DNA from: the human T2T-CHM13v2.0 reference genome, Homo sapiens
Length of the DNA: 64,000 bases
Strand: one strand, 5' to 3'
Assembly (NCBI RefSeq): GCF_009914755.1
Contig: NC_060947.1
Of the stretch, positions 13,746 to 28,884 are shown piece by piece. Under the pieces are notes generated by a model, which worked only from the letters and a program-made list of their open reading frames with translations, ran no database searches and was not told the origin of the DNA. The first letter of the stretch is position 1. Each line of letters starts with the position of its first letter. A program made the position numbers and the translations under genes.

Positions 13746-14109
13746 TGCTATGGTTTGAATTTGTCCCCCAAAGTTCTTATGTTGGAACTTAATCACCAAT
13801 GCAACAGCGTTGAGAGGTAGGACATTTAAGAGGTGATTAGGTCATGATGACTCTGCCCCCAATAAAGGGATTAATGCTGTTATCCTGAGATAGGTTGGTT
13901 ATAAAAGCAAATTTAGTCCTCTCTTGCTCTCTGTCTCACCATGTGATGCCTTCTGCCAAGTTATGATGCAACAAGAAGGCCTTCACCAGATGCAGCCCCT
14001 TGATCTTGAACTTTCCAGCCTCCAGAACCTTGAGTTAATAAATGCATGTTCTTTATAAATTACCTAGTCTCAGATATTCTGTTATAGCAGCACAAAATGG
14101 ACTAAGACA
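13746..14109 (+). mobile_element. MST-type MaLR solo LTR nested in L1MA
   Basis: tgctatggtttgaatttgtccccc ... gcagcacaaaatggactaagaca. Confidence 0.88.
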
Positions 14110-14944
14110 GACCAGACAAGAACAGATATTTTTCAAGAGAAGGCTTACATGTGGCTAACGAGTTTATGATAAAATGCTCAACATCACTAATCATTAGGGC
14201 ATGCAAATTAAAACCACAATATCATCTCATACCAGTTAAAATGGCTATTATAAAAAATATGAAAGATAAGTGTTAGCGAGGATACAGGGAAAACAGAACT
14301 CTTACACATTGGTGGTGAGAATGTAAATTAATACAACCATTACGGAAAATGGTATCAAAGTTCTTGATAAAACAAAAAATAGAACTACCATATGATCCAG
14401 CAATCCCACTTCTGGTTACATATAAAGGAACTGAAATGGATATGTCCAAGGGAAATCTGCACCCCCATGTTTATTGCAGCATTATTCACAATAGCCAAGA
14501 TATGGAAACAACCTAAGTGTCCATCAGTGGATGAAGCGATTTAAAAAATGTGGCATATGTGCACAATGGAATATTATCCAGCCATAAAGAAAGAAAATTA
14601 TTTCATTTACAACAATGTAGATGAAACTGGAGGACATTATGCTAAGTGAAATAAGCCAGGCACAGAAAGACAAATACCACATGATCTTACTCATATGTGA
14701 AATCTAAAAAAGTCTAACTCAGTGAAGTAATGAGTAGAATGGTGGTTATCAGAAGCCAAGGGGAAGGAGGAGAAGAGGGAGGGAGGGAAATGGGTAGTTT
14801 TTGGCCAAAGGGTACAAAGTTTCATTTAGAAACGAGGATTAAGTTTTGAGATCTATCTCACAGCAGGATAACTATAGTCAATAATAATGTATTGTATATT
14901 TCAAAATAACTAAGAGAGTACATTTCACATCACCACAATAAATA

Positions 14945-15033
14945 TCAGAAATTCCACCTAAAGAACTTATCCATGTAACCAAACACCACCTGTTTCCCCA
15001 AAAACTATCGAAATAATAATAATAAATAAAATA
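14945..15033 (+). mobile_element. Very short L1PB 3' end
   Basis: cagaaattccacctaaagaacttatccatgtaaccaaacaccacctgtttccccaaaaactatcgaaat; same family as 52007-53442. Confidence 0.8.
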
Positions 15034-15371
<338 letters not shown>

Positions 15372-15658
15372 TCAAATTATCATTATGTCAATCAGTTTTC
15401 TAAAGTTAAATTTAGATAAATGACTGAATGCAGCAATATATTAAATGAACTTAAGTTCATATATGTTACAAAAGTGTATTACAAATAAAATAATAAAAGC
15501 CTTAAAAGTTAAGTAAGCGAAGTGATGAACATGTTAATTAGCTTTATTTAATCATTGCGCATTGTATACATATATCAAAACATCACACTGTACCCCACCT
15601 AAATGTATATAATTATGATTTATCAATTAAAAATTATAGTAACATTAGAAAGAAGAGG

Positions 15659-16860
15659 TTTTTCTTTTTTTATTTAACTTTTAAGTTCAAGGGTACATGT
15701 GCAGGTTTTTTATATAGGTAAACTTGTGTCATGGGGGTTTGTTGTACAGATTATTTCATCACTAAGGTATTAAACCTAGTGCCCATTAGTTATTTTCTTT
15801 ATCCTCTTTCTCCTCCCTACCTCCACCCTTTGATAGGCCCCAGTGTGTATTGTTCCTCTCTATGTGTCCATGCATTCTCATCATTTAGCTCCAACTTATA
15901 AGTGAGAACATGTGGTGTTTGATTTTTTTTTTCCTGCGTTAATTTGCCAAAGATAATAGCCTCATGCTCCATCCATGTTCCTGCAAAGGACATGATCTTG
16001 TTCTTTTTTTTTTTTATGGCTACACAGTATTCCATGGCGTATATGTACCACATTTTCTTTATCCAGTCTATCATTGATGGACATTTAAGTTGATTCCATG
16101 TTTTTGCTATTATAAACAGTGCTGCAGTCAATATACACATGCATGTATCTTTATAATAGAATTATTTATATTCCTTTGAGTATATATCCAGTAATGGGAT
16201 AGCTGGGTCAATGGTATTTCTACGTTTAGGTCTTTGAGGAATCACTGCACCGTCTTCCACAATGGTTGAATTAATTTACACTCCCACTGACAATATAAAA
16301 GTGTTCCTTTTTCTCTGCAACCTCACCAGCATGTTATTTTTTGACTTTTTAGTAATAGCCATTCTGACTGGTGTGAGATGGCATCTTATAGTGGTTTTGA
16401 TTTACACTTCTCTAATGATCAGTGATGTTGAGTTTTTTTTTCATATAATTGTTGGCTGCATGTATGTCTTCTTTTGAAAAGTGTCTGTTCATGTACTTTG
16501 CCCACTCTTTAATGGGGTTTTTTTTTCTTGTAAATTTGTTTAAGTTCCTTATAAATACTGGATATTAGACCTTTGTCACATGAATGGTTTGCAAAAATTT
16601 TCTCCCATTCTGTAGCTTGTCTGTTTATTCTGTTGATAGTTTCTTTTGCTGTGCAGAAGCTCTTTGGTTTAATTAGATCCCATTTGTCAATTTTTGCTTT
16701 TGGCATCTTTGTCATGAAATCTTTGCCCATTCCTATGTCCAGAATGATATTGCCTAGGTTGTTTTCCAAGGTTTTTATAGCTTCAGGTTTTACATTTAAA
16801 TATTTAATCCATCTTGAGTTAATTTTTTTCTTTAATTCATCTTGAGTTAATTTTGTATAT
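15659..16860 (-). mobile_element. Older L1PA (approx. PA11-16), 5'-truncated
   Basis: acttttaagttcaagggtacatgtgcagg terminus; ORF2 peptide [22 protein letters not shown]. Confidence 0.92.
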
Positions 16861-16889
16861 TCCCAGAGTAGTGTCCTCATTGCAGGGGC

Positions 16890-17130
16890 AAAGAGCACAC
16901 ACTCCATCCTCATTCCAGCCAGTGGAAAGGAGGAAATGGAATAGGTAAACATCTTCCCTTTAAAAGTTTCTACATATTAGTCCAATTCACATGCCATTGA
17001 CTTGGACTTAGTCATACGGTCATACCTCTAAGCAAATGAGGCTGGGTAGCCCTTACCAGCCGAAAAATTCCTTTAGGATGGAAGAAGAGAAAAGCAAACA
17101 TGGGGGTACAACTAGCCATATCTTCCACAT
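16890..17130 (-). mobile_element. Old MLT1 (J/K-like) fragment
   Basis: cacatgccattgacttggacttagtcatacggtcatacct...gaggctggg. Confidence 0.5.
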
Positions 17131-17574
17131 TGTTTAACTGATATTCCTCATTTATGTTGATTCATGGTTTTTTTTTTGCTTGTAAAAGTATCTTGTTTTT
17201 TGTCATGTGTGATTCTTTGGAAAGAAAATATTAAGTTCAGGACTATTTCTATTGTATGTGTTGGTTCTTTGTGAAAGAGAGACAAAGAAATTAGCAACAC
17301 AGAAAGTCATCACATCTGCTGGTTTCCACAGCTCAGTTTAGCTGTCCTCTGGTAATTTGAGGTCACTTGTGATTAGGGTCCTTGAATCTTTAGGTTTTGT
17401 CCCCTCTCCAAAGCTCCTCCTGAGTCTCAGCTTCCAGCTTCCTTGCTTCATATTCACCTTCTCCAGTGTGTCTTCAACTCTTGATGTATCTATCTTCCTC
17501 AGCTAACTTGCTGGCAACAGCCCGCCTGAAACAGACCTAAAATAGGACCATCTCCTTAGTCCTTACTTTCATCA

Positions 17575-18111
17575 CTCTAGGCATTCCTTTTCTATTTACT
17601 ATTACAGATGATCACAAACCTAGTGGCTTAAAAGAACACCAATGTATTATCTTACAGTTTTGTAAGTTAGAAGTCTGACACAGGTCTCACTGGGCTAAAA
17701 TCAAGGTATATACAGGCCTGCATTTCTTCTGGATATTGTAGAAGAGAATATTTCCCTTGCCTTTTCCACCTTGTAGAGGCATCTGCATTCCTTGGTCACG
17801 AAACCTTTCTCCATCTTCAAAGCCAGCAACAGCAGGTCCTGTATTTCTCACATCACTTCACTCTGACCCCTTCCAGAGTCACATCTGCCTCTGACTTCCT
17901 CCTTCTGCCTCCTTCCACTTTTAAGGGCCGTTGTAATCACATAGGGCTGACCACATAATCCAAGACCATCTCCAAATCTTTAGATCAACTGATTAACAAC
18001 TTTCATTCCATCTGCAACCTTCATTCCCCTTTGCCATGTAACATAACGTATTCACAGTTTCCAAGGAATAAGACATGGACATCTTGGAGGGGGCATTATT
18101 TTGCCTACCAC
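17575..18111 (-). mobile_element. MLT1C-like solo LTR
   Basis: cacaaacctagtggcttaaaa...ggacatcttggagggggcattattttgcctaccaca. Confidence 0.85.
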
Positions 18112-20104
18112 AATCCCCATTTTTATTTTACTTCCATTGTGGCCAAAAGCACAGATAAAAATCTTTTCTTCTCCTCCTGGCTTTCCTCCACTCCTACTCC
18201 CAAGTCAGGTCATTATTCAGCTCAAGGACTGGTACTTGAGAACCAAGCTTCCTACCAATTGTCACCTTAATTTGTACATAATCACCTATTCAATTTTAAG
18301 TTATTCTATAAATGAATGAGTCACTGTTCAATGTGCTTAATTAAAAGACAGCGAAATGAAGAGGTGATCTTTAGCAACCTTTTTAAGCTGCCTTGTACTT
18401 GATTGCAAGTTCTAACCACTTGACTTTGGGTTTACGGCACTCTGTGCAAAGTTAGTAGCCGCTCTTAAGAAATGAAACAACCTCACTCAGAATGTTTTGT
18501 CAAACCTGGGAAACAGAAGCATTAATATCATTAATTTTGGAAGTTAAGTCTGGGGCTTCAAAGCTGTTTCTGAACAGAGGAACGAGTGAGGAGAATCAGT
18601 AAGAGAAGAATGAGAATGTCCTTGAAATGTTTTTATATTCAAGTCATTTTACTATAATTAGCCAAACTGCAAATGCATCATCATGGCCTGAAGCAGTGGG
18701 ATTTAGTAGCAAGATCATGGGAAGAAAAGTAGAAGGGCTGGATTCCCACCCAGCTTTTATCACCAACTTGTAGGCACTAACCATGATGAGTTCAAGTTTT
18801 ATCTTCTTCAGGATGAGGGAGGAAGGCTCTTGGCGCCAACCACCTGAGTGCTAATCAAGGCCAGGAAAGCAATTCTTGCTCCTCCTAGAGTTGAAAGTAG
18901 ATATGAGAGAATGGTCTCTTGCTTGTAACTCCGTAAAAATTTACATCTGATGGGACTGAGTAATGGAATGAGTTGGCATGGATGGTTGCCAAGGCACCAG
19001 TAAGCTGTGCCCATCTGGGGGTTGGTGACACAGTCCTTACTCAACTAACAGCCACTACTCTGCCCTTGAACGGCCCCAACCTCTGCTGCACTCTGGGACC
19101 AAGTCCTCACTGTGGCCTGGGTTGCGGTTTTACACTGTACTTCCCTCTTCCTTCCTGAAAGATGAATCAGACTGACATGATTTTTGCCATTCTCTGAAGG
19201 GAACTGAGCAAATGTGGGTGTGTCTTTGTGGGTGTTTCTTTTCCCAAGAACCAGACAGTGGCATTTAAGATTAATCAATTTTATCAGATAAATATACTAC
19301 ATGCTTTATTTTCTTGATTAGAAAATGACAAGCCAGTGTACTGCCTATTTACATTTTACTCTGTGTGTTTTAATACTGTAACACGGAGTTTGTGAATAAA
19401 TAATCTACAAATGAGATTCAGGGATAAAAAAAACCCTACAATTTTGTATGTATGCATGTGAGTATACATCTTTCTGATAAGAAGGTCTATAACATATCAG
19501 ATTTTCAACAAAATCCGTGAACCAAGATAAGACCAACTAATATAGAAGAATGTTCCATTGCTAGAGAGTTAACATCAATTATTGCTGTCCACTGATGGAG
19601 GTAGCTAATATCCTTAATAATTACAATCATTTAATATCAAGCATCATGTGGTAAAAGTTCTCTTGACCAATCACTCCTTAACAGATTGGCCAGATTAAGC
19701 ACTGTTCTCTGTTTCATCTGTAAAATACATTCAAGAAAAATATACTCAAGAAAAAGCCTTGGCCCTTCATCAAAGGATTGGGAGATTAATGCAAATTTAT
19801 ATATTTTGAGTTAAACTTAAATGTTTAAGAAATGTATGAATCATTTTTATGATTCCCAGATTGAACTAACTTTTTCCATGAGCCAAACAACCATCAATTC
19901 CCATTGAATTAATTTAGAAGAATTATCCTATGTTGGGATCCCAAATAGGATGGAAAAAATGGGTTTCAGGACCCAAAATTTTCAAGGATGTTAATAGTGT
20001 ACTTTCACTGACCCAGAAAAAGAAAATGAATGGATATATTCAACCTTATAGATGATTCCATACTCAGTATCAATATGTTCTTTAGATAAGAGTTGGGCTT
20101 TTTT

Positions 20105-20230
20105 GACTTCAAACTATACTAAAAGGCTACAGTATCCAAAGCAGCATGGTACTGGTACAAGAACAGACATATAGACCAATGGATCAGAATAGAAAACTCA
20201 GAAATAAGACCACACACCTACAACCATCTT
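20105..20230 (+). mobile_element. Isolated internal L1P ORF2 fragment
   Basis: gacttcaaactatac...gcatggtactggtacaagaacagacatatagaccaatgg ([18 protein letters not shown]). Confidence 0.85.
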
Positions 20231-20250
20231 CAGAGAAATATGGGAGGAGG

Positions 20251-20618
20251 TGATATGGCTTGGCTCTGTGTCCCCACCCAAATCTCATCTCATCTCAAAT
20301 TGTAATCCCCATCATGTCGAGGGAGATGGGAGGTGATTGGATCATGGGATGGTTTCTCTCATGCTGTTCTCTTGATAGTGAGGAAGTTCTCATGAGATCT
20401 GGTGGTTTAAAAGTGGCAGTTTCCCCTGTGCTTTGTCTCTCTCCCACCACCTTGTGAAGAAGGTGCCTTGCTTCTCCTTTGCCTTCTGACATGATTGTAA
20501 GTTTCCTGTGGCCTCCCCAGCCATGCAGAACTGTGAGTCAATTAAGTCTCTTTCTTTTATAAATTACCCATTCTCAGGTAGTATCATCTTCATAGCAGTG
20601 TGAAAATAAACTACTACA
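20251..20618 (+). mobile_element. THE1D/MSTA-like solo LTR
   Basis: tgatatggcttggctctgtgtccccacccaaatctcat...catagcagtgtgaaaataaactactaca. Confidence 0.9.
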
Positions 20619-21139
20619 GGTAGAGTAAAACTGCATAGCACTTCACAGTAAATTGAGAAAATGTCCACTGTACCTACCAAAGAATAGTAGGGTGGACTGA
20701 GGGGGATAATGGTGATTATGTGGTGATTAAAGTGTCTCCAACTCCACTACCTCTCGTCCTCATTTATGTATTTATATGCTTATAAATACGGCATCACCAC
20801 TGTATTTATAAAAATCACCATGACTACTGTGTAAAGAATGAACACAGGGGAGCAAAAGTAGATGCTTGATATGAGGTTTGCTGCAGTGGCACAGGTAGGA
20901 GATGATAGTGACTTGGAATTAAGGAGATAATGATGGGAATGAAGCAAAACAGACTTATTGAAGATTACTGTTTTTCTGTAAGAACATAATTGACTGTCAC
21001 CAGTTCTGTGGCATCCTGGGAATTGTAGAATGCTCCTCCAAGCTGTGCTCTTGCCTCTTTTCTTTATGGTGTTTCTGAATTCAGACATGTTGTAGACACT
21101 GTCCACTCTGATCCTCTCAACTCCATTTTATTATTGTCA

Positions 21140-21568
21140 TATGCCCATCTCCTGGCTGTGGTGTGCTTTTGGCCAACAATGGAATGCACTTGGAACTCTT
21201 TGTCACAAGACTACCCTCCAGCTACTGAAGGACTTTGCCCAAACATGTAGACAGCCAGAAGTGTCTAGGACTTCACGTCTCTCCCACCCCTACTTCTCGT
21301 TCTACCTGACCAGCTCTTAGCTAATGACTGATGAGTATGGGAATCTGAAAGCCTGGCTCCCAAGCCCTGTGTTGAGACAACTCTGAGGCATAACTTACCC
21401 TCCAAAGCTACCCTTCATGGGATTTTGCCTCAGAACTCACTTCAATTGGCTGCTTCTCTTGTGCTGTCCTACTTCCTCCACTTCCTTACTGACTTCTGGA
21501 TGCATTTCCTGGAAAATTCACTTGCACACAAATCCTTATGTCAGGTATTGAGGAGCCAATCTAAGACA
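21140..21568 (+). mobile_element. LTR16-like ERVL LTR
   Basis: gacaactctgaggcataact...tcacttgcacacaaatcctt...caatctaagaca. Confidence 0.6.
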
Positions 21569-21794
21569 AAACTCTTCCCCCAGGGCTCCCTTCAGGACCA
21601 GGGCTTCTCTGACTCACAAGCACAACTCTAAAATTTTATCTGAGAGCCTGCAAAGTCTCATAAAAATGGGTGACTAGACAAACTCCAGCCTAAAAACACT
21701 TTAAAATCCAGACTTTGGATATTACGTTTAAATCCTTTACCCATTTTATTAATTACATAAGTTAGAAATTCTATAGGCTGTAAGACAAGACTTT

Positions 21795-21960
21795 GCCATT
21801 ACTTTGTAAGTTCAGGTTTGAAAGAGTTACTTCTCTTTGAGTGTCAACTTCCTCATTTATACAATGAAGATAATAATATCTAACTTGGAGATCAAAACTA
21901 AGGTATATAAAGCTCTCACCAAAATGTTTAGAATAAGAAGGTGCTTAATAGTTGTTGATG
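21795..21960 (+). mobile_element. MIR fragment
   Basis: MIR core: agttacttctctttgagtgtcaacttcctcatttatacaatgaagataataatatcta. Confidence 0.65.
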
Positions 21961-21985
21961 TTTGTTAGCCTTATAAAGGATGATT

Positions 21986-22323
<338 letters not shown>

Positions 22324-24619
22324 TCAGCCAGTCTAATATTTTTCTCTAAATTTGTAGCAAAATGAGAAAACTGAAGCCAATGCAATATGCTTTTTCCCAC
22401 AACTAAAATCACTCTGTTTTTAATGTCAACATGTCTCTTCTTTTTTTAAATGGTAGTTATAATATATGGAAGTTCTATTTCTAATGACCATACTTGAAAA
22501 AATTAAAAAGTGACAACTTGTTATCAGTTCTCAAATTTTCGAGATCCAAAAACCTGAGAACCAACTTTCTAAGTAAGCATTATAACCAATACAGAAAGCT
22601 GCTATTAAGTGTATACTGCTCTTTTTGAGTATTTGTTTCCAATAATTTTCTGCCATGACCTTTGTCATAGAAGGGTCACATCTGTGGCCCTGCCCCATGG
22701 GTATCACTCCCAGGGTAGCCTTTTCTCCCCTACTCAAGAAAGCCTATTATTGTGCAGTTGGTTGATGATATCATTATTATAGGCATAACCTTGATTCTGC
22801 ACTGGTTTATTTTTAATAAGTTAAAAAATCCACAAACGTCACAACTTTAGCTACTATTAATAATAAATTATTTGCAGTGTGTCCTACAACCGATCACTAC
22901 ACACTGGAATGGCCTGAAAGGGTGATACAGAACCAAATGAAACTTGGTAGGACTTCAGATGACAACTGACTCTCTTACTCCACACAACTAACCCAGGGAC
23001 AGCAGGATGAAAGCACAGTCAAAATACATTTTCTGTTTTTGCATATACAATGTATCTTTTTATAAAAAATAACAAGCATAAATATTTAAGTTAGACCATA
23101 TGAAATCTCCATCCGCATTTTCATATGGCTCATCCTAACACTAATTATAAACTTGGCTGACTTTTAAAGTTTTTATAGATACAATATAGATTTAAGGAGG
23201 CCCTGCCTTACTCTTAACCTCAGCCAGATACCTTCTTAAATAAACTGCACTTAATGTCAAACACACTTATCTCGGAATGTTCACTCCAAGACTAAGTAAA
23301 TGGATCTTAATCATTTTTGTAGATTCAAACAAAGCCTTCCGGGAAATATAACTGGTTCTGGGTCTTTCTTCACCCTTTAGGAACCTGCATTTTTTATGTT
23401 ACTATTAATGTCACTACTAATGCCTTACCCTTAATTTGGGCATGAGATTTTGAGGCATTACTTAGCATTCCCCCAGGAGTACTAGCGTCCATTGACCTAT
23501 CCCTGTTGCTTATTTTGGTGCCAACCTCTTGGGTACAAGACAGAAGATTTGAGCATGAATCCAACTTGGCCATGTTCTGACTTTATGAGGACAGACTCCT
23601 TTTCTATCACAAACTCCTTCTCAATTTAAATGTACATGTGTCTCATTCTTTCAATTTCAATCTACATTGTGTTTTCTTTTTTCATGTTGAAAGAAAAATA
23701 AACTATTACCTTTCAACATGATTGATTTTTCAAGTTATTTTTAATCATAAAAGTAGAAACCAAAAAAGCAAGAAAAATCAAGGCTTGACTGCCCATCCAC
23801 GAGGTGGTATATTCAAATCATTATGTAATAAATAGGTATTTATGACTGTTATAAAAGCAGATAACCTCATGTGTTAGTTGCATACCCAGTGTTTTACACA
23901 GCATTGTAAGATTTGATCTCTCCCAGGAGTCACCAAGTCGTGCCATACCTCAGTGTCTGCAAAGTGTGGGGTTATTTTGTCCTCACTCATTTTCCTTCAG
24001 GGACTTTGGTCACAATAGCTTGCTCTCCTGTGGTTGCCCAACTTGAATCAAGTGATGCTTTCAGTCAAGTTGCTTTTTCCTTAACTGAGAAACCAAAGAC
24101 AGACCGCAGTTAACAATAGCCTTAAAAATAACATCTTGGGAATAATCATCACATGGTTCTTTATTACAGGAAATGCATACCAAATGTCGCCTTGTATTTA
24201 AACCTGAAAAGTGGGCAGAGTGTAGGCAGACAATTACACCAGAGGCTATTTAAGGAGGGCAGGTTTTCCATGACTGGCAACAGTTGGCCTTAGAACTCCA
24301 TCTGTTCCAGACTTAATTTTACATGTAACTATTAGCACAGGTGTCATTAGTTAATATTACAGAAGCAAATTGATTGTCATGTAACCTTTTGGATGCGAGT
24401 GGCTCATTCAAATCCCTCTGGCATGACCATACGTCCAGTACGTCCAGTGTGGGTGAGGAGCAAAAGCAAAAAACAAGCTTGCAAGGACTGTGTCTTTGAG
24501 GTTTTTTTAGTCCTTGGAACCAGGGACATGAATTTAATTTCAAGGCCCCTGAAATACAGAGGCCCTTTTACAATTCTCACCACTTCCCTGGAAATCTCAC
24601 TAGCCAAATGCTGCAGGGA

Positions 24620-25639
24620 CATCACAGCCAGCTATATAATCTGAAGGCCCGGTGCAAAATGAAAATGCAGGTCCTCTTGTTCAAAAAACAGGAAAAAAAG
24701 TTGCCATTAAAGGCATAAATACATAAAGCTTTTTCTTTTCTTCTGAGGTTTCTCTCTTGAATTGTCATGGTATTTCTCATTTGCTTTTTAATGTCGTTCT
24801 AAGTAAAGAAAAATTAAAATTTTAAATTATTAGCATAAATTTACCATTCATCTTATATTACACGATGCCAGTTATAAATGCAAATATAAGAGCATTTGAC
24901 CCATATGTGGAAACATCAGAAATTACACAATTTGGATATCATCATTCATACATTTATGTGTATTTTATTCTTACCAAAAGAGTGGAAATGCTGCACAAAA
25001 CTAATTCAACTGTTTTTATTTCATTTATTCATATGCACACATTCCATCAACACTCAGTCTTTGGCTTCCTGAGAAGTAAGGAAGAGGTAAAAGGAAAAGG
25101 AATGTGTTGCTCTGTCATTCTCTTTCCTTCTATTGCACCATTTTCAGTGGTTGGCTAACATGTGGAAGTAACACAACTAAGAAAGAATATGATGGGGTTC
25201 CTTGGTCCTCCATGTTTCTTAGAACGGCATTGCCTTAGTTCTGAAATCGAAGCAAGTTCCAGTTCAAATGGAAAGTGTGGCTTCTCAGGGCTGCCAGCTC
25301 CCCTGCCTACTCAGGTGTAGCTGTAACACCCTTTGAGTGAGTCTCTGTGAATTCACACACACAATGGTTCCACTGAAATTCTGTGTTCAGAGGCATTGCA
25401 AACTCTATATGCCAATGAGGCAGCCAGGAACAGCACACACATATATCATTCGCGTCTCCACTACCCATGTTCATGCTCCATTGTCCAACCAGCCCTCGCT
25501 AACAAAATGTAAGTTCAAAAGTAAAATTATTAAGAATTTCAAGAAAATGACAGCAGGACATAAAACCAAAGTGCAGGGCCCTTCTGAGGGTGGACCCCTG
25601 TATGACTACACAGATCTCACACCCTTGAAGCCAGCCTTG
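24620..25639 (+). mobile_element. Approximately full-length MER45B-like hAT-Tip100 DNA transposon
   Basis: cagccagctatataatctgaaggcccggtgcaaaatgaaaatg ... cacccttgaagccagccttg; about 1 kb. Confidence 0.75.
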
Positions 25640-26114
25640 GGAGATATATCTCTTTACACTTCAACATTTATTAAGCATCACGTATGTGTGAAAAGTGAAT
25701 GAGACAGAGTATGAGACTCGTGCCATCCTTCAAGTCTCTTGGGGGCTGTTTGGGTGATTGCTATGTCGATGTTTCCAATAGGAGTGCTATCGGCTTAGCT
25801 CCTGAGATGATGCCTAAAGTTGCAAGAGAATATCGATAGCACTCTTGGGGTATGATTTATACCCAAAATTGCATTCCCTTGAGGTAAACAGGTGAAAATA
25901 CAAGATTTCTGAAGCTGAGACTTAACACTAACTTATGAGCTCAACTTGGCATTCAGAATATATTACCCAGGAGACTTATTATAGACATACATGCTACAGA
26001 CAGAACAAGGTGACCAGACACAGCTCTTAGCAGCTTGCCTAAACAGCAACCTAGTGAGCCTCAGTGGTAGATTTGTTGAACCTGAAGTAGTGGCAGAAAC
26101 TAATTATATTTCTA

Positions 26115-26648
26115 AATTTTATTTTACTTTTAATTGTGATAAAAACACATACAATTCATCATCCTAACCATTTTAAGCATACAGTTCAGTAGTGTTAAGT
26201 ATATTCACATTGTTGTTATGTAACCAATCTCCAGAACTTTCTCTTCTTGCAAAACTGAAGCTCTGTACTCATTAAACAGCTCTCATTTTCCCCTCCCTCC
26301 AGCCCCTGGCAACCACCATTTTACTTTCTGTTTCTAAGAGTTTAACTAATTTAGATACCTCATATAAGTGGAATCATGCAGCGTTTTTCTCATTGTGACT
26401 GGCTTTTCGCACTTAGCATAATGTCCTCAAGGTGCATCCATGTTGTTGCGTATGTCAGAGCTTCCTCCCTTTTTAAGGCTGAATAATATTCCATTGCATG
26501 TATATACCACATTTTGTTGGAAAGCACTTGGGTTGCTTCCACCTTTTGGCTATTGTGAATAATGCTGTTACAAACATGGGTGTGCAAATATCTCTTAGAG
26601 ACTCTGCTTTCAATCATGTTGGATATATATCCAGAAGTGGGATATCTA
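26115..26648 (-). mobile_element. L1MB-type 3' end
   Basis: cagcccctggcaaccaccatt; tagatacctcatataagtggaatcat; peptide [15 protein letters not shown]. Confidence 0.88.
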
Positions 26649-28884
26649 GAGAAAACAATGATTTTAAATCACATTGATCCACGTTGGGAGATAAAATGAT
26701 GTTTGGAATTGTCAGGAGACTATCTTGGGAGTCTGAGAGGTAAAAGAAGTAAAGTGGAGGCACTAAGTTTGAAACAGTTCAAGTGTCTCCCATGCAGTTG
26801 TTCAACGATATGACCTTCTGAACTGGAGAGACAAAATTGCTGACCAAAATAAGTATAGAGACAAATACTCTAACCCAAAACTTCAGTTTGGAATCAAGTA
26901 CAGCTAAAATAAGTACACTGAAGACATGTAGAAGAAATACTCACTGGCCATCCAATTGTTCTTGGATAGATAAAACTGTTAAGACACTGTTTATGGGTTT
27001 GCAACTCAGCACTTGGAGCAATGCAAAAGAACCCTCTGTGGCAAGATAGCAATCTGCAGACAAAAAACAATGTCCCCAGTGAGATATTATAAAAATGCCC
27101 TAAAGTAACCCCACTGAGAATACGTCAGTGTTCAACACTTAGTCAACACCCTAGCAGGCTTCACCGATGGATTTTAAAATTATAGAACTTTCAAGTTTAT
27201 TAGGATGTTAGAGATTATTTAGTCCAACTCTTCCAAGTATAAAAGGAGGAAACCAAGACCCAGAAAGGTTAAGAGACTCTCCCAGGACCACAAAGCTAGC
27301 TGATGACAAAGGCAGGGTTGAATTTCTCAGTTCTAATGGTGACTCAGTTAATATCCTCAAGGCCACCCTTATAGCAGCAACAGTATAAATAAAATAGTTC
27401 AAGCCTGAAAAGACAAAAGCTTCTGGAGTATTTCTGTAGCATAGCCAGGCTGCCATTGATGCTGTCCACATGCACCTTCCCAATTCAAGGATTTAACTGA
27501 TGCTTTTTCAAGACACATTATGATGTTTGATGGTTGCAAACAATCAGCATCGTGAAGGCAATAGTCAGTGCCCCGAATGTATACACAGACTTCTCTCCAC
27601 TCTTTTGGGTTAACTGAAGACATTAAGACCTCAGAAAACTCTTGTTAAAATGGAAATCTATTCCCTAAAAGAGATTATACACATATCCATTATGGACATT
27701 CACATGCTAGCAGTGATTCATTGATCAAATTAGTTGTCACTTTGCCAAACAAGATACCTCCTGGAATTGAGGGAATGGAACTCAGGTCCCACTTATTTTT
27801 GTTGAGTGTACAAAGAGGTTGGGTAGAGAAAGCCTAGCTGAGCTGGGGGTGCAAGTGTGGGGGGTCTGTTTGGGGGCTCTGAGGAAGATGTAAGCTTTAG
27901 ATAGGGAATAAACACCAAAAAGAAGGTATAAACGGGTCAAAAAAATTCACTTACCTAACAATTTTACCATGAAGAGCTACTAGGAATGCTATAGTTGGAA
28001 GATAAATGTCCATGTGACCCATGTTATGTGCAATATAAAATAATTTTTGATTATCCAACAACCTCTAAGACAAAAAAGGTGGATCTGCAATGTGGAACTT
28101 TAAAAACTTGGATTCCAAACTGTTCATACACCCTGCAGTAATATTCCTACTTGACAGAGAATAGACTAAACTTGGCTAAGATAGCAGCCATGTTGCTATA
28201 AAAGGAAGGGAAGAAAAAATGTTATGGAAAAAACCTCTGATATTCCACCAATGATGGAGTCACCCAGTTTGAGGGAACTGTGTCCCCTCTGTCACTAGAC
28301 AATTGAGACAGATAGATAATGCAAATAGACCCTTTGGAAACTGACTGAGATTAAGGCAGAGTGAATATTTATTTTCTTTACCTTATCTTTATTTTTCCTA
28401 TATTCATGTGCTGCATGTTGATTCAGCCATTAGAGACCGTGAAGGTTCAGATAAGCTCAGGGAAACCCCACAGGAGTGGTGGCTGTTTTCCATTCTCTCT
28501 TTGGTGCATGTATTTGTTTTGCAGCCAGCCATGCTGGGTGGCTGGTTCCCTGGACCCAATTCCTGATACCCAGGAAATTCCAGAGATGCCAGGATCTTTG
28601 GGGTCCGTCACAGAGAACTCACACCACACCTGATCTTTGCATGAGGAATTTGTTCCAGACAATTCTGAGGGTATTTGGGAATGGCAAATTCGTTCTCTGG
28701 GAGGTCCCAAAGGACTTACTCGTCAGAGAGATGTAGCACTCACAAGAAATTCTGAATAAGAAAACCATGACTAAAATGTTCACAAGAGCAGAGATTCCTG
28801 GGCAAGCCACTATTCCCTCATTGCCTTATAGAACTTCTGCTACTCCCTGGTTAACCCCGTATCCCTTTCCTGCTCTCCTACCAA

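Noticed and set aside
23797-23810. CTCF-like motif ccacgaggtggtat
   Set aside because: It mismatches at core positions; unsupported without ChIP data.
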